From Azolla caroliniana (lineage: Eukaryota; Plantae; Polypodiophyta), in the NCBI GenBank assembly GCA_043228905.1, contig JBHGNT010000005.1:18042001-18106000 (forward strand): a DNA stretch of 64,000 nucleotides, in the 5' to 3' direction. This document shows positions 37,401-48,229 of the stretch, one piece after another. The stretch's first letter is position 1; each line of letters opens with the position of its first letter. The notes under the pieces were generated by a model. It was given only the letters and a program-made list of their open reading frames with translations. It was not told the origin of the DNA and did no database searches. A program made the translations under genes and the position numbers.

Positions 37401-37759
37401 GCAACCTGCACCAGGCACAACTACGCCAAAAACGACAACACGATATAGGCCGTGTCGACCATCAATACCACGTCGGTGACAAAGTCCTCGTCTACTTCCC
37501 CATCCGTCGTCGCGGTCTCAGCGAATCGCTCATGCACCGATGGATCGGTCCCTTCGAAGTTCAAAAGCAGATACGCAACACTACATACCTGCTCCGTCGC
37601 GCCTCCAACAACCGCTCTACCTTTGCTCACCAGTCTCGCATGAAGCCCTTCCATCAACTACCACCGCCCCCGCCCACACTCATGCCTACGCCCACGCCCG
37701 TGTCATCCCCCCGTCTGGAACCGTTGTCCACGCCTCGTCGCGCTTCGACTGCACAGTAA
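34475..37759 (+). CDS. Gypsy pol (PR-RT-RNase H-INT, GPY/F motif, no chromodomain)
   Basis: Open 1094-aa ORF: LLDSGS, FCVDFRQLN, MPFGL, YLDD, QTDAS/NYSTTEKE, HDHPLSGHLG-CNLC, D-D-E core, WIGPFEV. Confidence 0.95.
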   Translation: MRGVPQGEPPPHVHVSTSSTSPVSPTIEPPPHVHASTSSTSPVCTTIARLQHTTQEVLLDSGSSISSIRADLVTQLQLPTSHAPPIKILFGDQQRVYHSHTQVRCMLTISSAQIHHRFYVLPRQLFPITLGCDWFLHSRACLDFSAQQLILPNHIPIALFTTPRDTTHISYTQYLISPAERINDIRRLLATFPSLSTPPVKPPSVRFPIHHTIPTGNARPINAAPRRRSPLDHERIDNAVKTMLQQGIITPSKSEWISEPHMVKKGDGSYRFCVDFRQLNHVTTHDRYPLPRIDDLLDQLGKSKYFTSLDLASGYWQIPMNPHDAHKTAFRTRKGIFQFTRMPFGLSDAGSTFQRMANAIFDDLITRRVVIVYLDDILVHTSTWAEHLQVLREVLTCVQRYRLQLQWKKCRWGCTCLRFLGYVISSDGIQMDPEKTEAVQKFPRPTTVKQLQRFLGLLTFSLRFIPRLADLSAPLRALLQKDAPFLWTEACESSFLQLKRTLQASDLLAHPDFTKPFHLQTDASNVCLGAVLLQSDDNDQLRPIAYISRSLTKAEQNYSTTEKEFLAIVWAFHRFHPYLHGSNTSVETDHQPLLSLIKKAHPPGRLLRWVLALQDYTFTLRYRHGPQNIVADGLSRISFQANQITSNTINFPISSSQMANMQQHDKQIQDICHCLRAELTSSLTKQFMIQDNVLLFCQVGKEPRVYVPEQLRQSYLRFFHDHPLSGHLGFHKVLDKIRRKFYWPGLRHEVASYIKACNLCQAIKSPQVAQGLLHPIQVQAPFEIVGWDIMGPFPESQGGNKFILVITEYLTRWAETAAIPDAKAMTIASKLLEKIIFPHGCPLQILSDRGPQFNSELLRLVSTQLGIQQLFTSPYHPQTNGLTERLNRTLKQQISAYIDPLHSTWDRILPFVTHAYNTTVQASTRISPFRALYGRDPRLPPEVAVPQPTTRLHADAVSWWSHLRQLQPLLRKAITSNLHQAQLRQKRQHDIGRVDHQYHVGDKVLVYFPIRRRGLSESLMHRWIGPFEVQKQIRNTTYLLRRASNNRSTFAHQSRMKPFHQLPPPPPTLMPTPTPVSSPRLEPLSTPRRASTAQ

Positions 37760-38197
37760 CTTTTTTTTTTTACAAGGGGGAATTGTGGTGGTCACATGAA
37801 CCACACCTAGATTAGGCCCCTACCAAGCCCCATGCACCACACATAGACCACACCCAAATTAGGCCCCTACCAAGCCTCATGCACCACACCCAAACTAGGC
37901 CCCCACCAAGCCCCATAATTAGTAGAGCTAATTGGAGCGGGAGAACACCATCCACGCTAAGAGAGAGTCTATAAAATGTAACTTGAGACATAAGGAAAAG
38001 AAGGCTATTCTTGAGAGCATTTCACATCTTGAGCATTTCACAATATGATTAATTGGAATTACTTTTTGTCTCCTCGTCAAAACTTTAATTTTTCATGAGA
38101 CTCATGATCGTTAATTGCTAATGAATTTTGTAACCACAAACTATAACTTGATATACTGAATTGAAGTCTGAAGCATCAACTTGCATCTATTTCACAG

Positions 38198-38999
38198 GAA
38201 GTCAAAGGTACTGGGGCAGGACTTGCTGCGGCAGCATTGATTGCCATGGTGGGTTTTCCTATGCTTAACACTAGGCACACTGTTTTTGTAAATAAAGCAT
38301 CTTAAGTGGCCAGGTTCAAATCCAAGTATAATTCCTATAGTTTTCTTATAATCTGATTCTTCCAGGTTCCTTCATACATGTCACGGTCAGTAGCAGGTTC
38401 TTATGATAATGAAGCAGTAGCAATCTTTGCTTTAATTATTATATTTTACCTTTATATCAAGGTGGCTATGAAGTTTCTCTCTGCATTTGATATTTGATCC
38501 ATCTATTTAAAGGCAAAACTCACCATTTCGTTTCGTTTTAAACAGACACTCAATACAGGTTCCCTTTTCTATGCCACTTTAAATGCTCTTGCTTACTTCT
38601 ATATGGTAAGAAACCAGATACTAATTTATCTGCTAATTCTTTATTTTTATAGCAATGCTTTCTTTTGAGTTCTTCTAAAATAATTCAGCTCCTTCTATTG
38701 CTAGGTCTGCTCTTGGGGAGGCTATACATTCATAATCAATCTTATTCCAATGCATGCTCTATTATGCATTGCCACTGGAAGATACTCAGCAAACTTGTAC
38801 ATTGCCTATGCCCCCTTGGTAATGCATGCTGCGTTCTTTGAGTGTTTGAACATATTATTTTGATTGCACAGAGTTTCACCTGAATTCAGGGATATTTGTT
38901 TTTGTAGGTTATTCTAGGAACTCTTCCGGCAGCACTTCTTCCTGTTGTGGGCTTCAATGCCGTGATGACTTCTGAGCACTTCACTTTGCTTCCTTTCTG
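38198..38999 (+). pseudogene. STT3A: Oligosaccharyltransferase STT3A-like gene fragment, 5 exons, frameshifted
   Basis: GT-AG exons 38198-38248, 38366-38461, 38546-38605, 38705-38818 and 38908-38999 splice to '[38 protein letters not shown]...[19 protein letters not shown]...[11 protein letters not shown]'. A CACTT duplication shifts the frame in the last exon. No flanking exons were found. Confidence 0.9.
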
Positions 39000-40064
39000 G
39001 TTGGGTCTTTGATTCTCAAGATCATTATTTTTCCGTGTTAAATCTATAACTATTCAATTTCTGTGAAGTACTTACTTAAAATGAAAGTGAAATAAGGAAA
39101 GATGCACACACTGCTAAAGATGGTACTGAATAAGCTTTATTATGAATTTGGAAAGATTAGAGTTTTATATCACCAGATTATGTGGTTCTTGAATAATAGG
39201 GGCACAAAATCTCAATATGAATGCAAGTTGAAAGTGAAATATTGATATAAAATAAAGGCATCGAAAGGTCCCTAAGTATTATAATAGCTAAGGTTAGAAG
39301 AAACTTCAGGAGCAGACCATTTTTTTACATACACAACTATATTGGGGGCCAAGCATGAAACATGAGCCATATTTTTTACTTTTGAAAATCTGAAAATTTT
39401 CTTGTAAAATAAATTCGAAATTGTACCAACTATCTATAAAAATCTCAATTTGCTAAGATGATCTTCCATAATCCATCAACTAGGGAACTCAAAACACTTT
39501 GTTTCTTTTTCTCAATTTCTGCAATTATCTTAGGCGAGTTTTAGCAAAACTGTTGTGGACTCATTGTTGAATGGAAAAGGTGAAAAATAATTATATGATA
39601 CCCAAGGGAGCAGAGTCCATGTCTTATTGACCCAGCATGAGATGATATTTTCTACCCCAACTGAGAGGACTAAATGTTTGGTAATTGCTTTTCAGAATAT
39701 AGGTCTTGTGCCTTTGAGGTTTAAAGTTGGTAGGATGTTCCCATACCATATGGTTCATTCGTGGTCATAGTATGAAAAACACAAACCTAAGTATGGTGCA
39801 CCTCCTGGCCAACTCTAGCATCTTATCTTTCTTTGCAGCCTCCAGTCCCCTTCGATTCTCCACCTCGTCCCGCCTTCTCTAGTTTTAGAATTCTCTTCTT
39901 TCGAGTTTCTCCACCTCAGCTAATTAACACACTGATGTCAGCAATCTTTCCTGTGCATTTGATCATATGCTAGGATCTGATATAAATGTGTTCAGAGTAA
40001 AAGAAGACAAAGGAAAACATGATTTGAGAAGGCTTGTAGGTTAAACTGATCAATGTTTGAAGCG

Positions 40065-40147
40065 CTTCATTATGTTTTGCACATACAACATTTTGCCCTA
40101 GGCGTATTTATACTTATACACAGTATGGGCTATTTACAAATATAACA

Positions 40148-40178
<31 letters not shown>

Positions 40179-40445
40179 GTTGATCAACTGACTAATCGAC
40201 TCCTATGTCGATTTTCTAGTATGCCCGACTAACTGACTCCCATGTCGGTTATACAGTCGGCCCGACTATCTGGTCTTGTCTTCAACTTGGATCCTCTATC
40301 CAATACTATCGACTCGTTGGTCGATCCAATCGACAATCCTATGTTCGGCTTGTCGATCCGACTACCAACTTTTTCCTCGACTTCAACTGTCGATTTCTCC
40401 CATAGGAGTGACATTATCCTAACAAACTCCCCCTTCACTCCTATG
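40065..40445 (-). mobile_element. Copia PPT plus partial 3' LTR fragment
   Basis: Minus strand reads GTGAAGGGGGAGTT|TGTTAGGA (LTR edge at 40424), then TTTGTAAATAGCCC...AAGTATAAATA as in the element B/C LTRs. Contains an (ATT)n tract. Confidence 0.7.
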
Positions 40446-41849
40446 GGTAGAGTTAGACATTCCTCTCTCTTTTTTAATTTCCTAGGATAGAAAAAAAGGA
40501 ACTTAACAATAAATAAAGATAATAAAAGAGGGACTTGGGGACTTGACGCTACTAAATTTTTATAATAAATGTATAAGTATTTCTTTTATTTTTAATAAAT
40601 AAATACGCGTCTATACACAGTTTCATTATGCACAACAGAATATATGGTTGACCATGGTTCATAAAAATAGATTCTCTTTTTCTAACATTAGTTAACAAGA
40701 CACAAGAAAACGCCCATAATTAAACTCTTCCTACAACAAACCGACCCTAAATCTCTATTCCAAACATTTAATAACAAAACTCTTCCAACAGTCATCCTAA
40801 ATGGCAAACATTTACAAACACTCTAATCTCTTCAAACACAAACCAAACCACTATTGTTGAATATATGGACAATGTATTGCCAAGCTCTTTTCTGGTCATA
40901 ATGGAGTGTTTATGATTACACCCTTTGACTTTCCTTGCCATCTATAAAACCTGATTATAATTTACTTATTTTATACACCATGCCTAAGATAGATTTAGCA
41001 TTCCTATAAATATGAGCTAATTTCCGACACCTAAATTTTGCAGTTCTACCTTTCACTTCCTGAATTTCTATTTTTGTACCTTTCCTCACTCCCTTAGCTT
41101 CTAGTTTCTCCTTTGTGTGTCTACAAACCGAGTAGAAAATACATTACAATATCCTCCTTACAAACGTATTCCACACAGGACCTACCCTCCTTACAATAAC
41201 ATAATGAAGGCTTGTGATAGTTGAAGCATTGAAAACATCAGCATTATTAACAGTAAGGAGAGGGAGAGAGCTATGTAGACCCACATATTGATGGAGAAAA
41301 TTGATGAAATTTTTCAAGCCAAAGATGCTTAGGTTAAATCCTTCACATCAAGGAACCTATTCAAGATAATACAAAATGAGGAACCAAATAGCTGCTGCAA
41401 AATTTCTAACACAATGCAGGCATTATTAAGAGATAAAAACCGAGGTTATCAATTGATTGTCCAAAAAACAAGCCATGATGAACTTCTGCACCCTTCTCAC
41501 TGCTTAAAGATGAAAAGGGAGTCTATGAGAGATTATAAATTGAAACAAACCACAAACAACTTGCCAAGATGGCTCCTGTATTGCTTTCTCCTTTATCAAA
41601 TGCCTACTCAAGCCAACAAAGGAGGATTTCATCATACGAATGAGGTATTATTTGACATGATCAAATATATAGTGTAGCTTGGTTTATAGATAAAAATTTA
41701 CAAATATAAACCTCCAATAAATTATCCTAACTCTAGACAACCACAAGGTATACATATCCCATTAAGTCCTCTACCAGTAGCAGTCCACATTCTTCATATT
41801 CTATTCAGTGCATTTATAACGTAAGACAGCTTTTGTATGCCCTCATGTT

Positions 41850-44800
41850 TTAATGAAATGCCATACCTGATGAATATTCGGGTACCTGTGCGAAAATAAA
41901 TGGGATTCATATTGTTTAAAAGCTTTGGAGAAAGCAAAGAATATCCTTATTGACTGTAAAAATCATGTGTATCTAACCTCATACACTGGACCTGTTATCC
42001 TACTGGGTTTCTCCACCATTGTTCCAGTTGCAAAGTTGTGAAGACGAGGATATGGAATCTTATAGTGCCATGCATATTCATATCTTACTTCTCCTTCTGT
42101 TATCTGCTACACATTTTAAATCAGAACATGAAACAGATGCAAATAGGTCTTCAGATATATGAGACTACTGATGAAAACAAGAACTATAGCTAGAGGTTTT
42201 AAATCATCCCCTCCTATGCACATAAAGAAAGGCATATTATTAAAGTTTTTTAACAGGCAAAAATGAGCTATAAGACCAAAAGAGAGATTACATCTCAGAA
42301 TGTTCCTCATTTTTAAAAGGAACATGAATTCAGGGCCGTCCCTAGCTGATGTCCCCAAAATTAATATCAACTTACTATAACCTCTTTTACAGAAGCCTTG
42401 AACCTTAACCTTAAATACAGGGTTGCAAGAGAATCCAATGCATATGTGGCCCCATTCATAGAGGTCATATCTCTTGTACTTGAACCTGCATAAAGCACTC
42501 TAGTTTCATGAGTCTATCACATCGATCTTGATTGGTAATCTCATTTGCTTCTCTTGAGCTTATTATCTTAATATTTCTCTTCATTATGATATTCCTGATC
42601 CTCAATCCTCCATGGATTTAAGAACTTCAAGCCCTAAACAATCTCATTAAGGGATGGCCTTTTTCTGGAGATAACAGTTCCATCATGTAAAACAGGTCAG
42701 TCTATAAATGAAGCTGGCCTATGCTTGCGAGGTGTAAAACATAATTAAGTACAAATATTTATGAGGTGTAATCAAAGAGACGAAATGAGACTAAAGAGAA
42801 AAAAAAAGTCAGAGAGGAGAAAATGGGTTTTGATGAGTTTAAAGGAGGTTGGTTGGAAAGAGGAACTTATTTATAGAAAGATGAAAAGGGAGTCTATGAG
42901 AGAATTGAAAGGGGTTAGAGCTAAAAACCAAGTTAGCAAGAAAAAAGTCAAAAAGTGAATGCGGATGTCATCAGAAAAAATAATTGGATTTCAGGGAGAA
43001 GAAGAAAGATATATTAACATCTTTTAAGAGGGCAAAATGGCCTATAAGACCAAACAAGAGATTACATCTTACGTGTTGTCTCGTCTTTGAGAACAACAAA
43101 TCAAAATAAATAAATAATACTCCATAAATATAAAAGTGTATAAGATAAAAAGAGACGAGGGAATATGGTTTTTGGCACATGTGAGATTCTCAAGTTAGAT
43201 ATATTGTAGCTTTTGTCTTCGAAAGATCTCTAGCATAGGTCAATCCAGAATGGAAATGTCTCCGAAGCGAGGGAAGCACCTGCGATGCTGGGAGATAATG
43301 GCTTTTATCTATCGACGACAAGGGTGTTGAGGTCGTGGTCCATGGGGCCAGGGGCTACGTGCACGGCAAATTGCTATTGCCCGATCAATTGTAACCCCTT
43401 TGTTATGTCCTAGTCGGGAGCCCATTTGTGTATCCCATGATTGACTTGTAGCATTAGTAGGAGTGATGGGGCTAAAGAAAGTTGTGATTGTTCTTTGTGG
43501 ATGAGCTTGTGTGGCTGTATTCTTCAACGACTTTTCCCGATGGCTCTTGAGCTCTAGCAAGAAAAGTCCTAGGCACCGTTGGTCCTCATATTCCATTAGC
43601 TTGCATAGTGGGCCAAAGCCTTGTTTAAAGAGGCAATGGTATCTCCCTTTGATTTCATAAAAGACACTACAATGACAAACATACTGTTCTTCGGATTCCA
43701 CTCCTTGATGACACAATTGCCACACCTAAGGTGAGGTCAGTTGTGTGGTAGGTTGCCACTCACTAAACATATGTTTTAGAAAGATAGAACATTAAAGAAA
43801 GGAAAACAATTGTTTAGGAGAGCAAAAAAGCAGGTTTAAGCAGAAAATGACAATTATAAAGAGAAAACTTGTCTGAAAGAGAGATAGAGTTATTCCTTAC
43901 ATTGCCTATTAATTCAAGCTTGGGATGTTAGCAGCAAAATGCAGAGAGCAAATAAACCAAAATCCTCTGTTCTAGAAGGAACACTTGCAAATTGTATTCC
44001 AATTCATGGGCTGATCCAATCCACAAACATTCTACATCTCTTAGATATGAATTTATTCCATACATTCTATTCTCCGCATTAGTTGTACACATAGTTCCTA
44101 TATAGCTGTACCTCACTCATATCCTAAGCTATATAGGGAAGCGACCTTGTTTAGATACAATCTAATGACTTCTATAAGATCTATATAGATGTAACTTTAG
44201 TTTCATTGGTGAACTTTGGCCTTTTGAAAGATTAATATAACATGTTATTTCATTTCTCTAATATGTTTATCTTGTATAATCTGTCTCTGGAAGATTTTTC
44301 CTCTCACTATAACTTATTTTACTATATAATAGTTCTCTCTTTTTAACCCTTTCAATTTATCTTCTCTCTCTCTCTCTCTCTCTCTAAATCCTTTTCCTCT
44401 TTAAAACTGTTTTTCTCATTAGACCCCTTTGCAAGTAAAACATTTTTACTCCCTCTAAGTATATTTTGGTATGCAAACACTTCTTTTCCTCTGAATAAGA
44501 GTATACTATCTAACTCTTTTCCTCTCTCAAAACCTTCCCTTCCTCTTTCTGAACCCCCTTTTTCTCTCTCTAACCCCCTTGTTATATTCTAACCTCTTTA
44601 CCATCTACATTCCCAAACCCACTATCAATTTAACATTGTATAATGTATCAGTAATAGTAGCCCTAGATAGAAGGATGTAGCTCACTTATTACATGATCCA
44701 ACTCAGTCTCAGGCACATAAAGTAAGTATGCATACTGCAGTCTCCTCAGAATAGCATGCCTTTATTTACAGCCCATGTTTCAAGGAGCTAAAACCCTTCA

Positions 44801-46783
44801 AGTATTGTATCCGAAATTTTCCTGTTTTCAGCTTGCCTTCCTCAGTTATAATTATAAGTTTATCCATCAGTTAAATCAATACAAGAAACAAAACACCTCT
44901 TATTTCAGCTTTCCCTACCATGATCACTTATATACGAAGCAGCACAAAAGTGCAACTAACAGGAAATACATGATTTCACTGGTCTTGTCATATCATGTTC
45001 CACCTAAACAAACATGCTTTATATGATAAGAAAAAGTCTGAAACTCAGCAGCCTTTTGAACTCTTTCAGTTTGTCCTCAATGACAGAAGAAATCAATAAC
45101 TGTGAGTTACTGAGAATAGCTAACAAATAATGCTTCATATCTAATATGTGAGCGAGCACTGGAGTGCACTAATAAGTATGACAGATGCTCATTTCTTTGC
45201 CTCTGCGCACAGGATTGTGATGGACCCCCATTGTTTTTACCATGATTAAAATGGGGGAACTACTCCTGAGAGAGCAAATCGCCTTTATCAACTCCTGAGA
45301 GAGAAATTACATGGTCAATTCACTCTTTTGCTCTCTCTTTCAGGTAGATCAAGGGCATTCAATTCCTGAGAAAAAAAACAGGGGTACTGCATAATTTTTC
45401 CTAAGCCACTGACTGCCATGTAGGCCATAAATCTCAAAATAATGATTGCTATTTTACCCGAGGAAACCTTTTCAAGCATTATCATGTCTGGAGATACTTT
45501 ATTGTGTGAACAGAAACATTGCTATCATTCCTCTATGATGGAATGTTTGTATTTTCACAAAAGAAATCACTTACATATTTGTAATTGATTTCCTTTGCCT
45601 TCAACCAGCTTTCTTGATGGAGAAGAATTACAGGCCTAAAACCCATTCTTTTAATGCAATTAAGATAATGATTATAGAAATTTCACCGTGAATAAGGATT
45701 AATGAGCATTTCTCTGCTGTAATTAACTATATTCTTAACATGATTCAAACAATATTTCCATTTTTTCCCTGGATTAAGATACTGATGAGAATTTTTATAA
45801 GTATCAAAATCATAGTTGTTAAAAAACGCGTATTCTACGTTTACAATACATTTTAAAATACTTTGAAGTATTCTATATGTATTCTATGGTTTAGAACTGC
45901 CATTTTTCAAATTTTCACATATTCTACGTATTCTAAAATTTTGACATATTCTACATATTTAACAAGTATTTAATATTTCAAAATAATTTTAAAAATTTTA
46001 AAATAAATTTGTTTTCAAAAAAAACTGTAAATTTTATGAAGTATTTAACGTATTTTATCTATAAAATACATACTCAAAGTTTTTTTTTTTTTAAAAGTTA
46101 GAATACTTAGGATATGTATTCTATGTGTATCGTATGCTAAGTATTCTACACCAATTACCAAAAGAGTATTACAGTCCATTTACCATTAACAAGCAATGAT
46201 CATGATGATGAAAACAAATAAATTCATTTCCACATTTCTATTTGGCACTGATTAGGATAAAGATTGCCTATTTTTATCATGATTAAGATTATAATTTATA
46301 ACTTCATTTCACAAAACCTTCAGTGGCATTATTATATCTATAGCAACACTTTGATTAGCAAGTGAGACAGAAAAAAATTCCATTTTCCCACCTATTATTG
46401 TTTCTTAATCCACAAGAATGAGAGGAATAAAAACACTCATATCTCTTTACAAAATACCAAGCCTGTTTTACAAAAGTAACTAACCGCTTTCTCGACAGCA
46501 TTTTGATCAGAAAGGAATTGATTTCTTCGGAAAACAGATCGGCTCTCATCCTGAAGAGAAAGGACGGAGAGACGGAAAAAGCAAGGGTCAGACAATGGTG
46601 CAGGAACAGAAACAGAAGAGAAGAAAAAGAAAAGAGAAAGAAGAAGGAAGGAAGGAAGGAAGGAAAGAAGATACTCACAAGGATGTATTTCTTCTCATCG
46701 GGAGGGCCAGGCCATGTTCGCGCAGAGCGCAAGAGCTTCCTGTACAGAGAAAGCGCTTTAGATCGAGAGATGGTGGTGGCCAT
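41850..46783 (-). CDS. LYR-motif protein, LYRM1-like (Complex1_LYR family), 4 exons, ~110 aa
   Basis: Exons 46679-46783, 46485-46550, 41978-42103 and 41850-41885, with phase-0 GT-AG introns, give MATTISRSKALSLYRKLLRSARTWPGPPDEKKYIL-DESRSVFRRNQFLSDQNAVEKA-ITEGEVRYEYAWHYKIPYPRLHNF...VYE-VPEYSSGMAFH*. The LYR motif and HYKIPYPR are characteristic of LYRM1. The last exon is less certain. Confidence 0.85.
43305..43730 (-). mobile_element. 5'-truncated LINE (non-LTR) ORF2 C-terminal fragment in LYR intron 2
   Basis: 'QLCHQGVESEEQYVCHCSVFYEIKGRYHCLF' resembles the degenerate CCHC knuckle at the end of LINE ORF2. Confidence 0.65.
45811..46160. mobile_element. Partial MITE related to the 59.5-kb hAT MITE
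   Basis: Starts CATAGTTGTT and carries repeated GTATTCTAC motifs. The right TIR and TSD were not resolved. Confidence 0.45.
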
Positions 46784-46868
46784 GGGAGATGGGAATCCTC
46801 GAAGCGCAGAAACTCTCTTCTAACGAAGTGGGCGATGGCTCCTGTTCCTGTTCCTTCCTTTGCAGCTT

Positions 46869-46921
46869 GTATGTATGTGTGTGTGTATGTATGTATGTAT
46901 GTATGTATGTATGTATGTATG
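46869..46921. repeat. (TATG)n/(TG)n microsatellite just upstream of the LYR gene
   Basis: Directly visible run gtatgtatgtgtgtgtgtatgtatg..., about 90 bp upstream of the ATG. Confidence 0.9.
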
Positions 46922-48229
46922 GCTCGTGTCTATTCTACATCAAATCATAAAGAGGGCTGACGAGGGAATCACGGCCACAGACGGTGTAGTTTGCTTAGAG
47001 GAAGGCATGTGCGATCTGCACCGTCAGATTTCGATAAGGAAGAACGTGCGAAAAAAAAAGTTGTCAGAGGTCGCCCAACTCTGAGTCGATGGTCGCCCAA
47101 CCACAATTGGTCAGCCAACTCTTACTGTTGCAAGTTGCCCAACCGTTTTAGGTCACCCAACCTTGACATTTGCAGGTTGCAAGTTGCCCAACCGTTGCAG
47201 GTCGCCCAACCAAATGTATCATTTCGACCAAAATCTTCAAATAAGCTTGTTCATTACCCTTAAAACTTACAATAACATATCAAACAGTCACAAAATCCAA
47301 CCTTAAATTATTCAAAATCGACGATCTTTACCATACTTATGTTAAAACAAATAATCATATTAAAACATAAAAGTTAAAAGTTAAAAAACATAAAACTTAA
47401 AACAAAGACCGTAAATCCACTTTAAACACCGTAAACCCAAATCAAAGGATGACGTACTTGAAACGGGAAACTTAAAACATAAATCAACATATGACATACT
47501 CCTAAATGAACTCATAAATCAACATAAATCCACTTGAAACTTTGTAAACCCAAATGCACCGGTCCGCAAAACCACTCAAGCTATGTTTATGGCTCATCCG
47601 GAGATGATGGAAAGATGCGACCACAATTCTTGCAACAATCAACATTTGAGTCCCTTGATCTAAAGGTCAAGGCATCGCAATGCAAGTATCGCATCTTCTC
47701 TGTTGCACATATTGGCAACCGCCTCCAATTACTTGCTTACGCCCTATGGATGCACGGTCTTCTTCATTGGTTGGTTTCAGTGCACCTAGGTTATTAGAGA
47801 CATGTACTAAAGTAAGCATTAGATAAGGATAGATCTAGGTAGATAGAAAGAAAGGAGAGAGAGAAAGAAGGGTGTCGATCCACCCGACCACCCCCGAGCG
47901 AAGGAATCGAGACGGACTCGAGCCTCGATTGGCGTCCCATACCACCGTCGTGGCGTCGAGTCGTACCTAGTGCTGGCGCACTCGCTACAAGAGTTGACCC
48001 ACCACAACACAGAGTCTCAACATAGTCCACATGATGATGAAATGAGGGTAGTTAGGCCTCTTATTTATAGCGATACCCAAGGCCCCCAGGCAAGTTCATA
48101 ATTGGCCTAATAGGTTGTCTCAATCCGAGGATTAAAAAGTAATCCTCCCCTTCTTTACACTCTCGTTTAACCCTCACACTTATCCACGTGTATAGAATAC
48201 TACGGTAAATTCTCACCACGGTGTCACGT

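Larger units (their letters stand above)
33213..38042 (+). mobile_element. Young full-length Ty3/gypsy element (non-chromoviral)
   Basis: 259-bp LTRs 33213-33471 and 37784-38042 with 2 substitutions. 4-bp TSD ATAT (33209-33212, 38043-38046). PBS TGGTGGAGA... at 33475. T-run followed by PPT AAGGGGGAA before the 3' LTR. Confidence 0.96.

Noticed and set aside
42390-42490. Possible extra exon in LYR intron 2
   Set aside because: It has splice-like sites, but the phase-0 frame stops early, and exons 2 and 3 already join without a gap in the motif.
46355-46783. 142-aa ORF as the full LYR protein
   Set aside because: It reads through a GTGAGT donor into a pyrimidine-rich intron. The spliced model restores the conserved LYR motifs.
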